Part shown: one piece after another, positions 48,461 through 60,520 of the stretch
Layout: each line of letters starts with the position of its first letter
Numbering within the stretch: the first letter of the stretch is position 1
From: Squalus acanthias
Lineage: Eukaryota
NCBI GenBank assembly: GCA_030390025.1
Contig: CM059427.1
Location: 57,164,001-57,228,000 of the forward strand
Direction of reading: 5' to 3'
DNA length: 64,000 bases
Translations under genes and position numbers: made by a program
Notes under the pieces: model-generated
The model's input: the letters and a program-made list of their open reading frames with translations, nothing else
What the model was told of the DNA's origin: nothing
The model's database searches: none

Positions 48461-48936
48461 AAAGAAAAACAAAGAAAGACTTGCAATTATAGCGCCTTTC
48501 ACGACCACCGGACGTCTCAAAGCGCTTTACAGCCAATGAAGTACTTTAAGAGGAGTCACTGCTGTAATGTGGGAAACGCGGCAGCCAATTTGCGCACAGC
48601 AAGGTCCCACAAACAGCAATGTGATAATGACCAGATAATCTGTTTTTGTTATGTTGGTTGAGGGATAATTATTGGCCAGGACACCGGGGATAACTCCCCT
48701 ACTCTTCTTCGAAATAGTGCCATGGGATCTTTTACGTCCACCTGAGAGAGCAGACAGGGCCTCGGTTTAACGTCTCATCCGAAAGACGGCACCTCCGACA
48801 GTGCAGCACTCCCTCAGCACTGCACTGGAGTGTCAGCCTAGCTTTGTTATGTGCTCAAGTCCCTGGAGTGGGACTTGAACCCACAACCTTCAGACTCAGA
48901 GGCGAGTGTGCTACCAACTGAGCCACTGGCTGACAC
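48461..48936 (-). mobile_element. Full-length, well-preserved DeuSINE (SacSINE1-like)
   Basis: Minus strand: A-box TGGCTCAGTTGG, B-box GGTTCAAGTCC, Deu domain GTCGGAGGTGCCGTCTTTCGGATGAGACGTTAAACCGAGG, L2-type tail; TGTTA on both flanks. Confidence 0.92.
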
Positions 48937-49643
48937 TGTTAGGCATAAATGTACATTAGGAAATTGTATGGACATCTTTTGGGAGAACATTAACATATTC
49001 AATTGATGCTCCCGCCTGCACCCATCAAATAGTTCATTAGAAATTCAAAACAAAAATTTTAGAAATTCATGGGATGCACTAAATAGACCGTTAAACAACA
49101 TTACAAATCTTCACCGCTATTCCCGTTTCAGTTGTGCTCACTTTACACCTAAAAGGCATAACTGATCAGAAAAACTAGGCTGAAGAATTTCCGGTAGATA
49201 AGCACTGACCTGAATTTGCATTCTAAAATGGCCCGAACAATCTGATCTTATCTGTATTTGACTCTAATTAGACTGGTTCAGGGCTATATGTGCCTGTCAC
49301 TTTAAAAAAAAGATGGCAGCACACATGCAAAGTCAGCCAAAATGTACTTCTGTGCATTTGCATTGATGTTTTTTCCATATCCTTCCGATGGGATTTGGTC
49401 TTCAGAGAGGACCATGTCTGCTGTTATTAATGGAGCCATCCGGCGGTATCTTTTTTTTTGAAGAAAAGTGCTTCGTTTTAGATCCAGTGGGTCACGAGAT
49501 GTCTTTTTTTTGCAATTTAGTGGAGAAGTCTGATGCTCAGCAGTCTGATCTGATTTTAATTTTTTTTTATTTGTAATTCTCCCAGGAGATCTAGTTGTTG
49601 GCATCTGGTTTGGAAGAATTGTCTAATGTTGCAGGATGTATCT

Positions 49644-50155
49644 GAGCCCTGATTTTAACTTCCCGTGCCCGGTTAGAATGGAGTGTGTGGGGGGGGGGTT
49701 GAAATATCGGCAGCGTGGCACTCACTGAAGCTGTGCTGCATCCGGGCCATTTTAACAGGTGCATTTCGGGCAGCCTGTGAGGCCTTCACCCCAGGCAGGT
49801 GAGGGCCTCATTGAGATTCAAAAGTGGGAGTTTGATGACGTTATTCAGACTCTGACCATATTTTAACTGGCGGCAGTGAGATCAGCGCCCAGTACCAGCC
49901 TCGCCAGGGATACCCACTGCCAGGGATATCAACTGACCCTGAAGAGGCCGAAAGGGTTAGTTATATTTACAGGATTCCTTGTGGGGCCCAGAGAAGCATT
50001 ACTGCTTGGGCCTCCCCTGCCTTGGGCTTCCTATTTCCATGGGTCCCCAGCTGTGACTTCCTGCTGCGTTTGCCCCACTCCCGCCTATTGGTCTGATGTC
50101 ATTGATGTCAAGTTTAGGTGGGGGGTCAGGCCTGGTCTACTTAAATCAAATCTCT
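49644..50155. mobile_element. Degenerate GC-rich non-autonomous DNA element (Harbinger-like)
   Basis: Starts GAGCCCTGATTTTAAC with repeated ATTTTAAC; GC-rich against AT-rich flanks; right end unclear. Confidence 0.4.
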
Positions 50156-50397
50156 GGTGGTGTAGTGGTCCAGTATGTATCTGTTCTCTGGCATTCTACT
50201 GTATTTTATTTGTGGCAATCTTATGGTAAAGCTGGAAGTATAATGATCTAAACTCTGGCAATCTAGTAATGAAGTAGGCATCCAGTCTAGTGATGGAGTA
50301 TGTGCCTGATTCTTAGCTGTCTAATGACAGAACCTATGTCCAATCTCTGATGATCCATTGATGGAGTACGCAACTGATCTCTGGTGGTCTACCAATC

Positions 50398-50780
50398 GGA
50401 GATGTGCAAGACCCAGAATTGGAGGATCGCCGAGATCTCGGGGGGTTGTAGGACTGGAGGAGGTTACAGGGATAGGGAGTGGCGAGGCCATGGAGGGATT
50501 TGAAAACAAGGATGAGAATTTTAAAATCGAGGCGATGCCGGACCGGGAGTTAATGTAGATCAGCGAGCACAGGAAGTGATGGGTGAATGGGACATGGTGC
50601 GAGTTAGGATACAGGCAGCAGAATTTTGGATGAGCTCAAGTTTACGGAGGGTGGTAGGTAGTAGGCTGGCCAGGAGAGCATTGGAATAGTTAAGACTAGA
50701 GGTAACAAAGGCATGGATGAGGGTTTCAGCAGCAGCTGAGGCTGGGGTGGAGACGGGCGATGTTACCGAGGTAGAAGATG
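50398..50780 (-). mobile_element. L2 LINE fragment
   Basis: Minus strand AAETLIHAFVTSSLNYSNALLASL...KLELIQNSAACILTR. Confidence 0.9.
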
Positions 50781-50789
50781 AACAGTACT

Positions 50790-51030
50790 TAAAGATGATC
50801 AGTGAGTTCCTCTAGTGTCCTAGCCAACATTATTCCATGAACCAGTACCACCAAAAAAAGCACATTAACTGGTCATTTATCTCACTGTTGTTTGTGGGAT
50901 GTTGCTAGCACAGAATGACTCTGTGTCTGCCAACATAATAACAGTTACAGGGCTTCAAAAATAATTCATTGTGTGTGAAGTACTTTGTGGTGTTTCAACA
51001 TGGTAATGCACTTCATAAATGTTTTTTTTC
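50790..51030 (+). mobile_element. DeuSINE 3' half, degenerate
   Basis: GTGTCCTAGCCAACATT...CTGGTCATTTATCTCACTG...CTTCAAAATAATTCATTG. Confidence 0.7.
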
Positions 51031-51544
51031 TATAACTGTTTCTCTGATTCTTTTATATTCCAATTCCATGTGTGTATTTCTCCATCTTTCTGTTTGTGTT
51101 CTACTCTCTCTCCTCATATGCCTAGTTATTGGCACCCCATTTGTGTGTTTTTTTTATTGTGTATTTAGTGCATGCACTTCAGACATCAAGATGCCAATGT
51201 GTACTTTACTAATTCCTAATAAATCCCAATAAACTATTCCCACTTCATATGGGCAAAGATGCCATGCACTGATTGTGGACTGATTGAACAGCATGAGAAG
51301 ATAGAAACAATAGGGAGGTAATTAAGTCACTAGGAGGTCAATTTTGCAGCAGCAAAGGAATTGGAACCCAAACCCACAAACAGGTTGAATGTTCTCAAAA
51401 GAATCTAGTGAGTCACTCCGCGAAACACTTTTTTAATATTCTCCCTTCTCTGTTTTTCCTGTTCGGTGTCCTTTGCCCTTTTAAAGCACTCTGAGCTGTT
51501 TTTTTCACATGAGGATCACCATGTGAACGCAAATTGTTATTGTA

Positions 51545-51720
51545 TGTAAATGCACTGTATGCTGTGGTACAAAGCCATGCAGATCAGGAAGATGCTAGGT
51601 TCAATCCCTGGTTTGTATTATATTAATGAACCTCAGCCTGAATGGCATTGGATTACTACAGTGACCAATAGAGTCTGCTCTTGATCTCTGTTCAGGTGCC
51701 CTTACTGGAAATGCACATAT
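51545..51720 (+). mobile_element. Old tRNA-derived SINE (family of 61548)
   Basis: GTAAATGCACTG...GCCATGCAGATCAGGAAG...GGTTCAATCCCTGGT. Confidence 0.55.
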
Positions 51721-52694
51721 GCCTGAGTTTGGTGAGGTTTGGTTGTTGTGGCTAACAGACTGTCTAGGCACACAGATGAGGAAGAGAGAAATACCAGAAG
51801 GTCCCAATTAAACATGGAAAGATGCCCCAGCAGAGCTCACCACCTTGTGGAGGAGTTAGGGGAGAAAATCGGAGGCAAAATTAGAGAAGGTAAACACGAA
51901 CGAGCCAAATGTGTAGTGCACAGATTTACAATCAGAATGATCTCATTGTGGAATTGCTAGTTCAGCACCATGGGCTAAAAAATTGCAATTGTTTTAGTTA
52001 CTATGCTAGGCCAAAAAGCCAGAGCTGACTGCATTTGACTTTGTATTGTCTAGAGTAAGGCCTGTCAAATACGAATTCACAATTACAAGCACATGAGCAT
52101 TACATTCATCCCATGAACAATCATAGAATCATAGAAATTTACGGCACAGAAGGAGGCTATTCGGCCCATCTTGTCCGTGCCGGCCGACAAAGAGCTATCC
52201 ACCCTAATCCCACTTTCCAGCACTTGGACCATGGCCTTGTAGGTTACGGCACTTCAAGTGCACATCCAAGTACTTTTTAAATGCGATGAGAGTCTCTGCC
52301 TCTACCACCCTTTCAGGCAGTGAGTTCCAGACCCCCACCACCCTCTGGGTGAAAGAATTTCTCCTCAAATCCCCTCTAAACTTCCGACCAATTACTTTAA
52401 ATCTATGCCCCCTGATTATTGGCCCTTCTGCTAAGGGAACTAGGTCCTTCCTATCCACTCTATCTAGGCCCCTCATAATTTTATACACCTCAATTAGTTC
52501 TCCCCTCAGTCTCCTCTGTTCCAAAGTAAACAACCTCAGCCTATCCAATCTTTCCTCATAGCTAAAATTCCAGCCCAGCCAACATTCTCATAAATCTCCC
52601 CTGCACCTCCTCTAGTGCAATCACATCCTTCCTGTAATGTGGTGACCAGAACTGCACGCAGTATTCTAGTTGCGGCCTAACTAATGTTTTATAC

Positions 52695-52918
52695 AAAAGC
52701 AAAATACTGCGGATGCTGGAAATCTGAAATAAAAGCAGAAAATGCCGGAAATACTCAGCAGGTCAGGCAGCATCTGTGGAGATAGAAACAGAGTTAACGT
52801 TTCAGGTCGATGACCCTTCGTCAGAGCTAGTTCTGACGAAGGGTCATCGACCTGAAACGTTAAGTCTGTTTCTCTCTTGACTGATGCTGCCTGACCTGCT
52901 GAGTATTTCCAGCATTTT
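52695..52918. mobile_element. Inverted pair of Penelope-like terminal repeats, each with a hammerhead core
   Basis: Spacer-less palindrome centred at 52828/52829; 14-bp TSD CTAATGTTTTATAC / CTAGTGTTTTATAC. Confidence 0.85.
52829..52870 (+). ncRNA. Hammerhead ribozyme motif (sense to host gene)
   Basis: AGUU-CUGACGA-A-GGGUC-AUC-GACCU-GAAA-CGUU-AAGU; core intact, helix I short with one mismatch. Confidence 0.6.
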
Positions 52919-53279
52919 CTAGTGTTTTATACCATTCAAGCATAACCTCCCTGCTCTTATATTCTAAGCCTCAGCTAATAAAGGCAAGTATCCCGTATGC
53001 CTTCTTAGCCATCTTATCTACCTGTCCTGCTACCATCAGGGATCTGTGGACATGCAATCCAAAGGTCCCTCTGATCTTCTGCACTTCTCAGTGTCCTACC
53101 ATTTTTAGTGATATCCACTTGAGTATTTAACTGGCAAACTCAGAATATAGCAGAACTCAGAGCTATAATTAACAAGAGTACACTGTAACTGAAATAAATA
53201 TTCAGGTTTTAAAAAAACACAAAATTGCTGTTAATCATTCTCACAACCATAGTACACTGTACATAATGCATAGTACAAG

Positions 53280-54070
53280 GCGTTAGCCTTTGCTCAGTGG
53301 CAGCACTCTCGCCTCTGAGTCAGAAGGTCATGGGTTCAAGCCTACTCCAAAGACTTGAACACATCCAGGCTGACACTTCAGTGCAGCACTGAGAGTGTGC
53401 TGCACTGCAGGAGATGCCGTCTTTTGGACAAGATGCTAAACCGATGCCCCATCTGCCCTCTCAGGTGGATATTGAAGATCCCATGGCACTATTTTGAAGA
53501 AGAGCAGGGGAGTTCACCCCGGTGTCCTAACCAATATTTGTCCCTCAACCAACATCACTGAAAAAAGATTATCTGGTCATTATCAGATTGCTGCTTGTGG
53601 GACAATACTGTGTACAAATTGGCTGCTGTGTTTTTTTTAATTCATTCACGGGATGTGAGCGTCGCTGGCAAGGCAAGCATTTATTGCCATTCCCTGATTG
53701 CCCTCGAGAAGGTGGTGGTGAGCCACCTTATACAACTGAGTAGCTTGCTAGGCCATTTCAGAGGGCAGTTAAGAGTCAACCACATTGCTGTGGGTCTGGA
53801 GTCACATATAGGCCAGACCAGACCAGGTAAGGACGGCAGATTTCCTTCCCCAAAGGACATTAGTGAACCAGATGGGTTTTTACAACAATCTAGTAGTTTC
53901 ATGGTCACCATTACTGATACTAGCATTTTATTCCAGATTTATTTAATTAATTGAATTTAAATTTCCTACATTACAACAGTGACTATACTTCAAAAGTACC
54001 TCATTGGCTGTAAAGTGCTTTGGGACGTCCTGAGATCGTGAAAGGCACTATATAAATGCAGGCTTTTTCT
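53280..54070 (+). mobile_element. DeuSINE interrupted by a second SINE
   Basis: Head, Deu domain and tail are contiguous once 53631-53966 is removed. Confidence 0.88.
53631..53966 (-). mobile_element. 5'-truncated SINE with Meta-domain-like body and Zenon-like LINE tail
   Basis: Minus strand GATTGTTGTAAAAACCCATCTGGTTCACTAATGTCCTTTGGGGAAGGAAATCTGCCGTCCTTACCTGGTCTGG; the last ~90 nt match 12672-12762. Confidence 0.75.
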
Positions 54071-54677
54071 TGCTTAGACAGCAAACACCATAACGCATTA
54101 CTATTGTAAAAATTTAAGCATTAGGGTATTCTAGTGCCAAATCTCATGTTTAACACCTCACAGTTACTGAATGTCACATAACTTACAAGCCTGTCTTTTC
54201 ATATTTCAAAAGTATAATCTCTCTGAAGGCTGTCAATGAGTGTAAGGATTGACAGTATCAGTCCACTTCCCAATAGATTTGAGTCCAAAAGATAATTTTT
54301 AAATTTTACAGCAGATCTCCCGTGGTATTGCTCATTGTAAGTCCTAGAATATATCATTTTAAAAGAGCAGGAACATTCACCATGTAACGCATAATGTACT
54401 ATTCTGTTGCAAAGTTGGAACTATATGTAACCTGGAATACCTCTTTAAGGTCACAAGGTCCAATTGTTGTAAGTAGGCACATCATGAGGTTAATTAGAGA
54501 CAAATGGCTGGCTTATAAACTTTTAAAAAATGACAGACATTTGCATGTGTGACAAAATGTGACACCTCAAAAATGTTGATATTTATATAGATTTTATATA
54601 CTATAATGTGATCACTTTGAAATAAAGCTGCTGCATTAATCCTTAGTATCAAAGGGTTTAACTCATGCCCCACTCGG

Positions 54678-54986
54678 TTTCAAGATATTAAGGGGAACAG
54701 ATAGGGTAGATAGAGAAAAACTCTTTCCGCTGGTTGGAGATTCTAGGATTGGGGGCATAGTCCAAAAATAAGTCCATGAAATTTGGAAACACTTCTACAC
54801 ACAAAGGGTGGTAGAAGTTTGGAACTCTCTTCCGCAAATGGCAATTGATAGCTTTTTATTAACCAAAGGTATTAAGGGATATGGGCCAAAGGCAGGGTAT
54901 ATGGAGTTAGATCACAGATCAGCCCTGATCTCACTGAATGGCAGAACAGGCTCGCGGGGCTGAATGGCCTACTCCTGTTCCTATGT
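54678..54986 (+). mobile_element. CR1 LINE 3' fragment
   Basis: VFKILRGTDRVDREKLFPL; FYTQRVVEVWNSLP; tail GAATGGCCTACTCCTGTTCCTATG. Confidence 0.9.
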
Positions 54987-56699
54987 TACCTCATCTAAGG
55001 CGTGTTGAATAGGAAGATGCTGAGTGGAGGCTCCAAAGTCTCTCGCATAGAGGGGCAAGGAACATTAGAGCACAGAATCACAACTGGGAAATCCTTTGTG
55101 TCCTTTGGTAGATTGCCCTCGAGTTACTGATCTGGGAGGAAGCCACGTGCCCACCTTCTCAGCTGTAACGGTGTCAGGCAAGGCAGTTGAAGAAAGGAGT
55201 TAAATTACAGAGGGCAACAGGGTGATTCCTACTCGAAAGTCCCCCTATAAAAAGAAAGTTTTAAAGCAAGCTGCCACAGATCTGGCAATTTCAGTTCAAC
55301 GTCACATCATCACAATTATTACAGTAAAAGCGTCTGTGTACTCAGATTGACGTGGAATGCCAGCTAACTGCTCTGGGAAAGAAAGCGTACTGAGATTTAA
55401 AATCCACAAAATTAAAATAGGATATTGTTCTTTAATTTGTTACAGAGTTCAAAGGAGGTTGTTAAAAGCCGCTAAAAAAGAGGGATAACGTGCTTGAAGG
55501 AAAGGATGTAGATTTAAACTAGATCCTTCTTCTCATTCTGAAAAGGAAGCCCAAAGTGCTCTCCCTCTTTTAACACAAACACTTCATTATATTCAGCGGT
55601 GAGCTGCTGAGGTAACATCTTTAAAAATAATGGTCTACTTACCATTAGCTGCAGTAGTTGAAAGTTTTCCAGAAAGCATGAAAATGGTGTCAGAAAAACG
55701 GGTCTCAGCAGGTTTGTGTGAAAGAACAGAGCGATACGACTGGGTGATTTATAACAAAAAAGGTATCTAAAAAGTACAATTTTCTACCTAGCTGCAAACC
55801 ATAATTCATACTGATTCCCTTATCAAGATAAAGTACCTTTTCTGTGAATGATCTGTGTGGTTAAATGATTTTGATAAATGCCAGTACATAACAGGTAACT
55901 GCTTTACAATCAACCAAGATAAACTAGGCTTACTGCGAGATGAATGGTAAATCGCTTTCCCTGAGTATGTTTAAGCTCTACAACCTCCTTGTCAACATAC
56001 AGTCTGTTGACTTCAGGTAGAGCTGTTATAAGATCAGAGGAGCCCTGTTTATAGTACTCAAAATGTGGCTGCTGTTTGCAGTGAGAAACAGAATTTTAGC
56101 TGCACAAACATCCCAAAATTTGCAGCATTTTGTAGGTTGTTGGAAGATATTGACTATGATGGTCATTAGCATGGAAACTCAAAAGGTTGCCAACGATATT
56201 AACACCAGTTTTATCCCAGCTAAGCCTTTACACCAGGAAGGGGCCAACAGTAAAAGTGACATGAAATGTGTGGACTTGGAGGCCGTGAACATCCACAGCC
56301 ATTCCAGCAGATTCCCACTGTAACTTCAGAAAACTAGGCTGGAACCCAGTTATGCCAGGTCCCAGCCTAGTGCTGAAGTTTCCGGGATAGTTTTGTGGGG
56401 GTGGAGTGAATCATTTGTGTCCTATTCAAACTACTAAGCAGCCAGTAATATTAACATCAAACATCTCTCGAGAAAATATCTAGTGTGGCTCCTTTCATTT
56501 TGATTAGAAAGTGATGGATGAGGAAACAATAGTTTAATAGGATAAAAGAATGAATTAAAAAGGAGTAATCCAATTAAGGGGTCTAAAAGGCATCATGGAT
56601 CATTAGAGTTCCATCCTCTTAGTTTATATGCATCATCTGAACCCCAAGATTAGATTACCAACTGAAATACACTCACATATATCTGCTGTCAGATATAGT

Positions 56700-57120
56700 G
56701 TACACCAGATAGCAAATGTTTGCTTATGACATCTTCAAGCACTTCGGAGACGAAACAATGGTTGGAGATGGGGTGGTAGTTTCCAAGGACAGAAGGGTTT
56801 GAGGAGGATGTGATGATGACAGTTTTTAAAGGGCCTGATGAAAGGGAACAATTTACAATGTCAGATAGCATGGAAGCTGGAAGAGAAATTGGGTGATTTA
56901 GATTTTATGGGAATAGGCTTGAAGGAGCAGGGGGTGGGTTTAATCGACACATTGAGCTCACAGAGGGCATGGGAGGGTTGAGAGAGAAACTGGAGTTATT
57001 GGGGTTCAGGGCTAGGGTGGAGATTTGACTTTTGGCAAGGGGAAGGGGGAAACAGCAAAGACAGATGAATGGACCGTCTCTATCTTAGTGAGAAAGAAGT
57101 CAATGAGTTCCTCACACATA
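56700..57120 (-). mobile_element. Old L2 LINE fragment
   Basis: Minus strand MLSDIVNCSLSSG...NYHPISN..FVSEVLE (RT N-terminal motif). Confidence 0.8.
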
Positions 57121-57159
57121 TTATTAGCGGTTAGTTCCTGCATTGCCTTTTTACTGAAT

Positions 57160-57365
57160 AATCACCTCCATAAACAGACCTCTTCTGAGACATTATGAAG
57201 GAAGCACCATGGCCTGTAGACTCCAGTAGAAGGGTACCTTTTAGTTGGTTGTTTTCTTCTTTGGTATAGCCTTATCCTGTGTGCCTCTGTCATTTCCTCT
57301 TCTTCTTGCTCTTGTGCTACTTCGATTATAAGGACATATATGGAATGCCCACTGTGCAACCCATG
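57160..57365 (-). pseudogene. Harbinger transposase N-terminal fragment
   Basis: EQEEEE...KRYPSTGVYRPWCFLHNVSEEVCLWR resembles the N-terminal YP..VYR...FL..SEE.C..RL motif also seen near 4880-4960. Confidence 0.65.
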
Positions 57366-57757
57366 GTAAGGGCTCCATTATAGAAGGCTGGGAAGCAGAA
57401 GATTTTCCTGCCTGACATGGCTGAAAGGCAGCTTGCAGAATCCTTTCTTAGCTACATGGCTGAGAAGAGATTTTTCTAGTTGCTTCAGTCAAAGCTGATG
57501 TCTCAGACGAAGTTTGTGGACATTTAAAGCCTGTGAACTCAACCACTTCCTGGTTTGACAAGACATGCAGGTAACTTAACCCTCTTTTCTATAAGCGTAA
57601 CTTAAGTAACGTGCAATACTTGTGTAAATGGCAGAATTTATGAGACAACAGCTCTGCCCTCATTATCCTGCCATGCACTACTTTGGGGGCTTCCAATTGT
57701 ACCAGAATTTAGTATGTATTCTAGAATGGGTTTGACTCTGGCATATCTGATTTATGC

Positions 57758-58511
57758 AGGCCTGGAATTTCCTTGATCCCAATGACACTGAAATCACACT
57801 GAGATTTACATCAGTTTCTACACTGATCTCACTGACAGGAACTTACACCCAAATTTCCTGCGGAGCTCATTTGCCTCTGTCGCAACGTAAAAGTCGCTGT
57901 AAATGCAGCACCAGCAATAGGGGTAATAATGAGTTGACTGCTGTCTTCTGCCATGGTGCCTCATTCTCAAGGCCTCTCCCTTTTGTTGCTCCACTTCCTC
58001 TTATTTTGCAGAACAGAGGTATTCCCATTGGGAAGGTCATTCCAGCTGCTTAGTCCTTCTGAACGCATGGGGGGAAGGGCAGGGGTCCGAAACATTTTGC
58101 ATGCACTGAGACTGACAGCACTTTGGTTAAGTATAGTACAGGTGTCAGTAAGAAAAATTTTACAAAACTCTTGAAGAAAATCACTATCAAACTCCGTAAA
58201 TCTCAGTTACACCGCTATCCGGTGATGTTGGGCTATTTGTCTGCCAAACCTTTTGGTTGTAAATCTACGCTAGCGCATTATTCATGTAAATCTAGGAAAC
58301 TCATGTGAGCTGGTCTTCTGCATGGGGATGGAGCTTGTAAATGAGTAGCAGAGGGTTTTGGCAGACGCAAATGGTGCAAACGATTGAGGAAATTTGCGCA
58401 TACCGATGGTTCGGTATAAATCAGTTACACGCAAATTTCCTCGGGAAAAAAATGTGCTGTAATGCTCTTGCAGTGTAATTATGGCAAGAAGTTCCAGGAA
58501 ATTCCAGACCT
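57758..58511. mobile_element. Non-autonomous Harbinger-like element (~754 bp)
   Basis: TIR AGGCCTGGAATTTCCT / AGGAAATTCCAGACCT (15/16); internal hairpin GAGGAAATTTGCG...CGCAAATTTCCTC; TSD not evident. Confidence 0.65.
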
Positions 58512-59113
58512 ATCATACAAATTTTTAAGGCACGTGTATCTAATTCTGCTATTTTAATGGAAGCATGAAGTAAGCGGTTTAACCTCTCAGTTAAAATCAT
58601 GGGACAGAGGAACTTAGTGCTAGTGTGTAGGGCCTATGTACAATAATGCTGCTGACAGTATTTTCTACCTTACAGCTCTTTAAGACTTAGAGCTGTGATT
58701 AACAGGTTAACATCTTCTGAAATCTTGCAACTAATAAACCAATTAAAATGAATTATCCCTGTTGACCATGATCTCAAAACCTCTGTGTTTCAGATTTTTC
58801 TTTTATGTCAATGTGTTACAATAGACTTACTGTTTTGATTTTAAAGGTTCAGAAACATAACTGTAGAAAACTCAGATGGCAATCTGGGTCATGCATGCCT
58901 TCCATCACTGTCATAAATGTCTGGTATTAAGTGAACAATTGTTTAGTTAAAAGAACTGGAAGTGCATTCCGTTTCCCTCTTATTGTAGTATCTTTACTCA
59001 GCTGTCACTGCCGCATATGTATCAGAATGCAATAAATGTGTCACAAGGGACCAGCTGAGAAAAGATAACAGTATTCAACCAGTATCCTAACTGTGGTCAT
59101 TTTTCTCCCACAG

Positions 59114-59219
59114 AAAATCAGAATTACAGTCAACGTGTTCAGTGTGTGAAGAGACTGGTGAAGAAGCTTCCTAAACCTAACCATGATACCTTGAGAGTTC
59201 TCGTTAAACATTTACAAAA
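59114..59219 (+). CDS. ARHGAP15: Internal exon of a RhoGAP gene (ARHGAP9/12/15/27 subfamily, best fit ARHGAP15)
   Basis: Branch point CCTAAC (59086-59091), acceptor TTTTTCTCCCACAG, donor AA|GTAAGC; 106 nt, phase 1 to phase 2. Encodes (K)NQNYSQRVQCVKRLVKKLPKPNHDTLRVLVKHLQ(K), the RhoGAP LP.PN.DT..L..HL helix. The paralogue call rests on the KKLP and HL.K residues and the very long intron. Confidence 0.82.
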
Positions 59220-59544
59220 GTAAGCACTGAAAGACATTTTTTTTCTTATGTACAAGCAGGATTCATTCAACACGTTTAATTTACATTACAGAAATTGTAA
59301 AATTCAGGTATTTTGTGCCTCTTATAACCACAGGGGAAGATTTCATCTGATCATTATGCATCAGCAATATCATAAATGCTACTCTTTTAGAATGCATTGT
59401 TAGAAATAGTGAACATAGGAAATGTTCCTGCTATAGTCATGATATTGCTAATACAGAGTAACCAGAGGAAGTTTTCCTTCCAAATATTGTAGTCAGTATT
59501 ACAAAACAGAAAGACACTTGTGTTGTATTCTCAGGACTACAGTA

Positions 59545-60120
59545 ATAACAACAAACATCAACAACTTGCATTCCAAGGTGCTTCAGAGAAGTGTAAGGAA
59601 AAATGGATGCCAAGGCAAAGAAAGATATTAGGAGCGGTGGTCAAAATGTTTAAGGATGGTCTTAAAGAAGGAGAGGAAGCAGTAAAGGCAGAGGGATTTA
59701 AAGAGGGAATTCTGTAGTATGGAGCCTAGGTGGCTGAATGCATGACCACAAACGGTGAAGCAAAGGGAGGAGCGGATGCACAAAGGGCCGGAGTTAAAGT
59801 AACAAGAGTTTGGGTTGCATGTGTAGGGTGAGAGGGAGTTACAGAGATAGGGAGGGGTAAGATGATGGTGAGATTTAAACACAAGGATGAGAATTGTAAA
59901 TTTGAGGCATTGGAGAACTGTGAAGTAATGTAAGTCAGTGAGAATGGGGTTGATGATTGAGCAGGTGTGGGATAGGATGCAGACAGGACAGTTTATGGCG
60001 AACTGAGTCCAGCCAGGAGAGAATTGGAGTGATCAAGTCTGGAGGATACAAAGACATGAATGAGAGTTTCAATGGGAAATGGGGTGAGGTAGGGGTTTAG
60101 GTGGGTGAGGGATTCTGTGG
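59545..60120 (-). mobile_element. Old L2 LINE 3' region
   Basis: Minus strand ETLIHVFVSSRLDHSNSLLAGL; reversed tail ACAACTTGCATT. Confidence 0.85.
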
Positions 60121-60209
60121 TACAATGCTTGGAACCAATGAACAGCAGTAATTGCTGCAAGCGGCCAGTTAACATTAAAATCAGAAAGCAAATATTCTAT
60201 GGTTACTTT

Positions 60210-60520
60210 CAAGAAAGAAAGAACTTGCATTTATATAGCACCTTTCACATCCTCGGGACTTTCCAAAGCACTTCACAACCAATGCAGAACTTTTGAAATG
60301 TAACCAATGCTGCAATGAAGGTGTAAATGCAGCAGCCAAATTGTGCACAACAAGGTCCCACAAGCAGCAATGAGAAAAATGACCAGATTGTTTGTTTTGG
60401 TGGTGTTGGTTGAAAGATAAATGTTGGCCAGGACATTGGGAGAATTCCCCTGCTCTTTTTCAAATAGTGCCTCAGGATTTAATAAGACAGAGGGGACCTT
60501 AGTCTAATGTCTTATCCAGC
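60210..60520 (-). mobile_element. DeuSINE 3' two-thirds
   Basis: AAGAAAGAAAGAACTTGCATTTATATAGCACC...GGCCAGGACATTGGGAG...AAATAGTGCC. Confidence 0.85.

Larger units (their letters stand above)
52120..53105 (-). mobile_element. CR1 (HER1-like) LINE 3' portion, interrupted at 52695-52918
   Basis: ORF 52204-52548 (RRLRGELIEVYKIMRGLDRVD...FTQRVVGVWNSLP); ATCATAGAATCATAGA tail; LEYCVQFWSP on the minus strand. Confidence 0.95.

Noticed and set aside
48865-48936. tRNA gene
   Set aside because: The A/B boxes belong to a SINE head continuous with the Deu domain; no complete cloverleaf.
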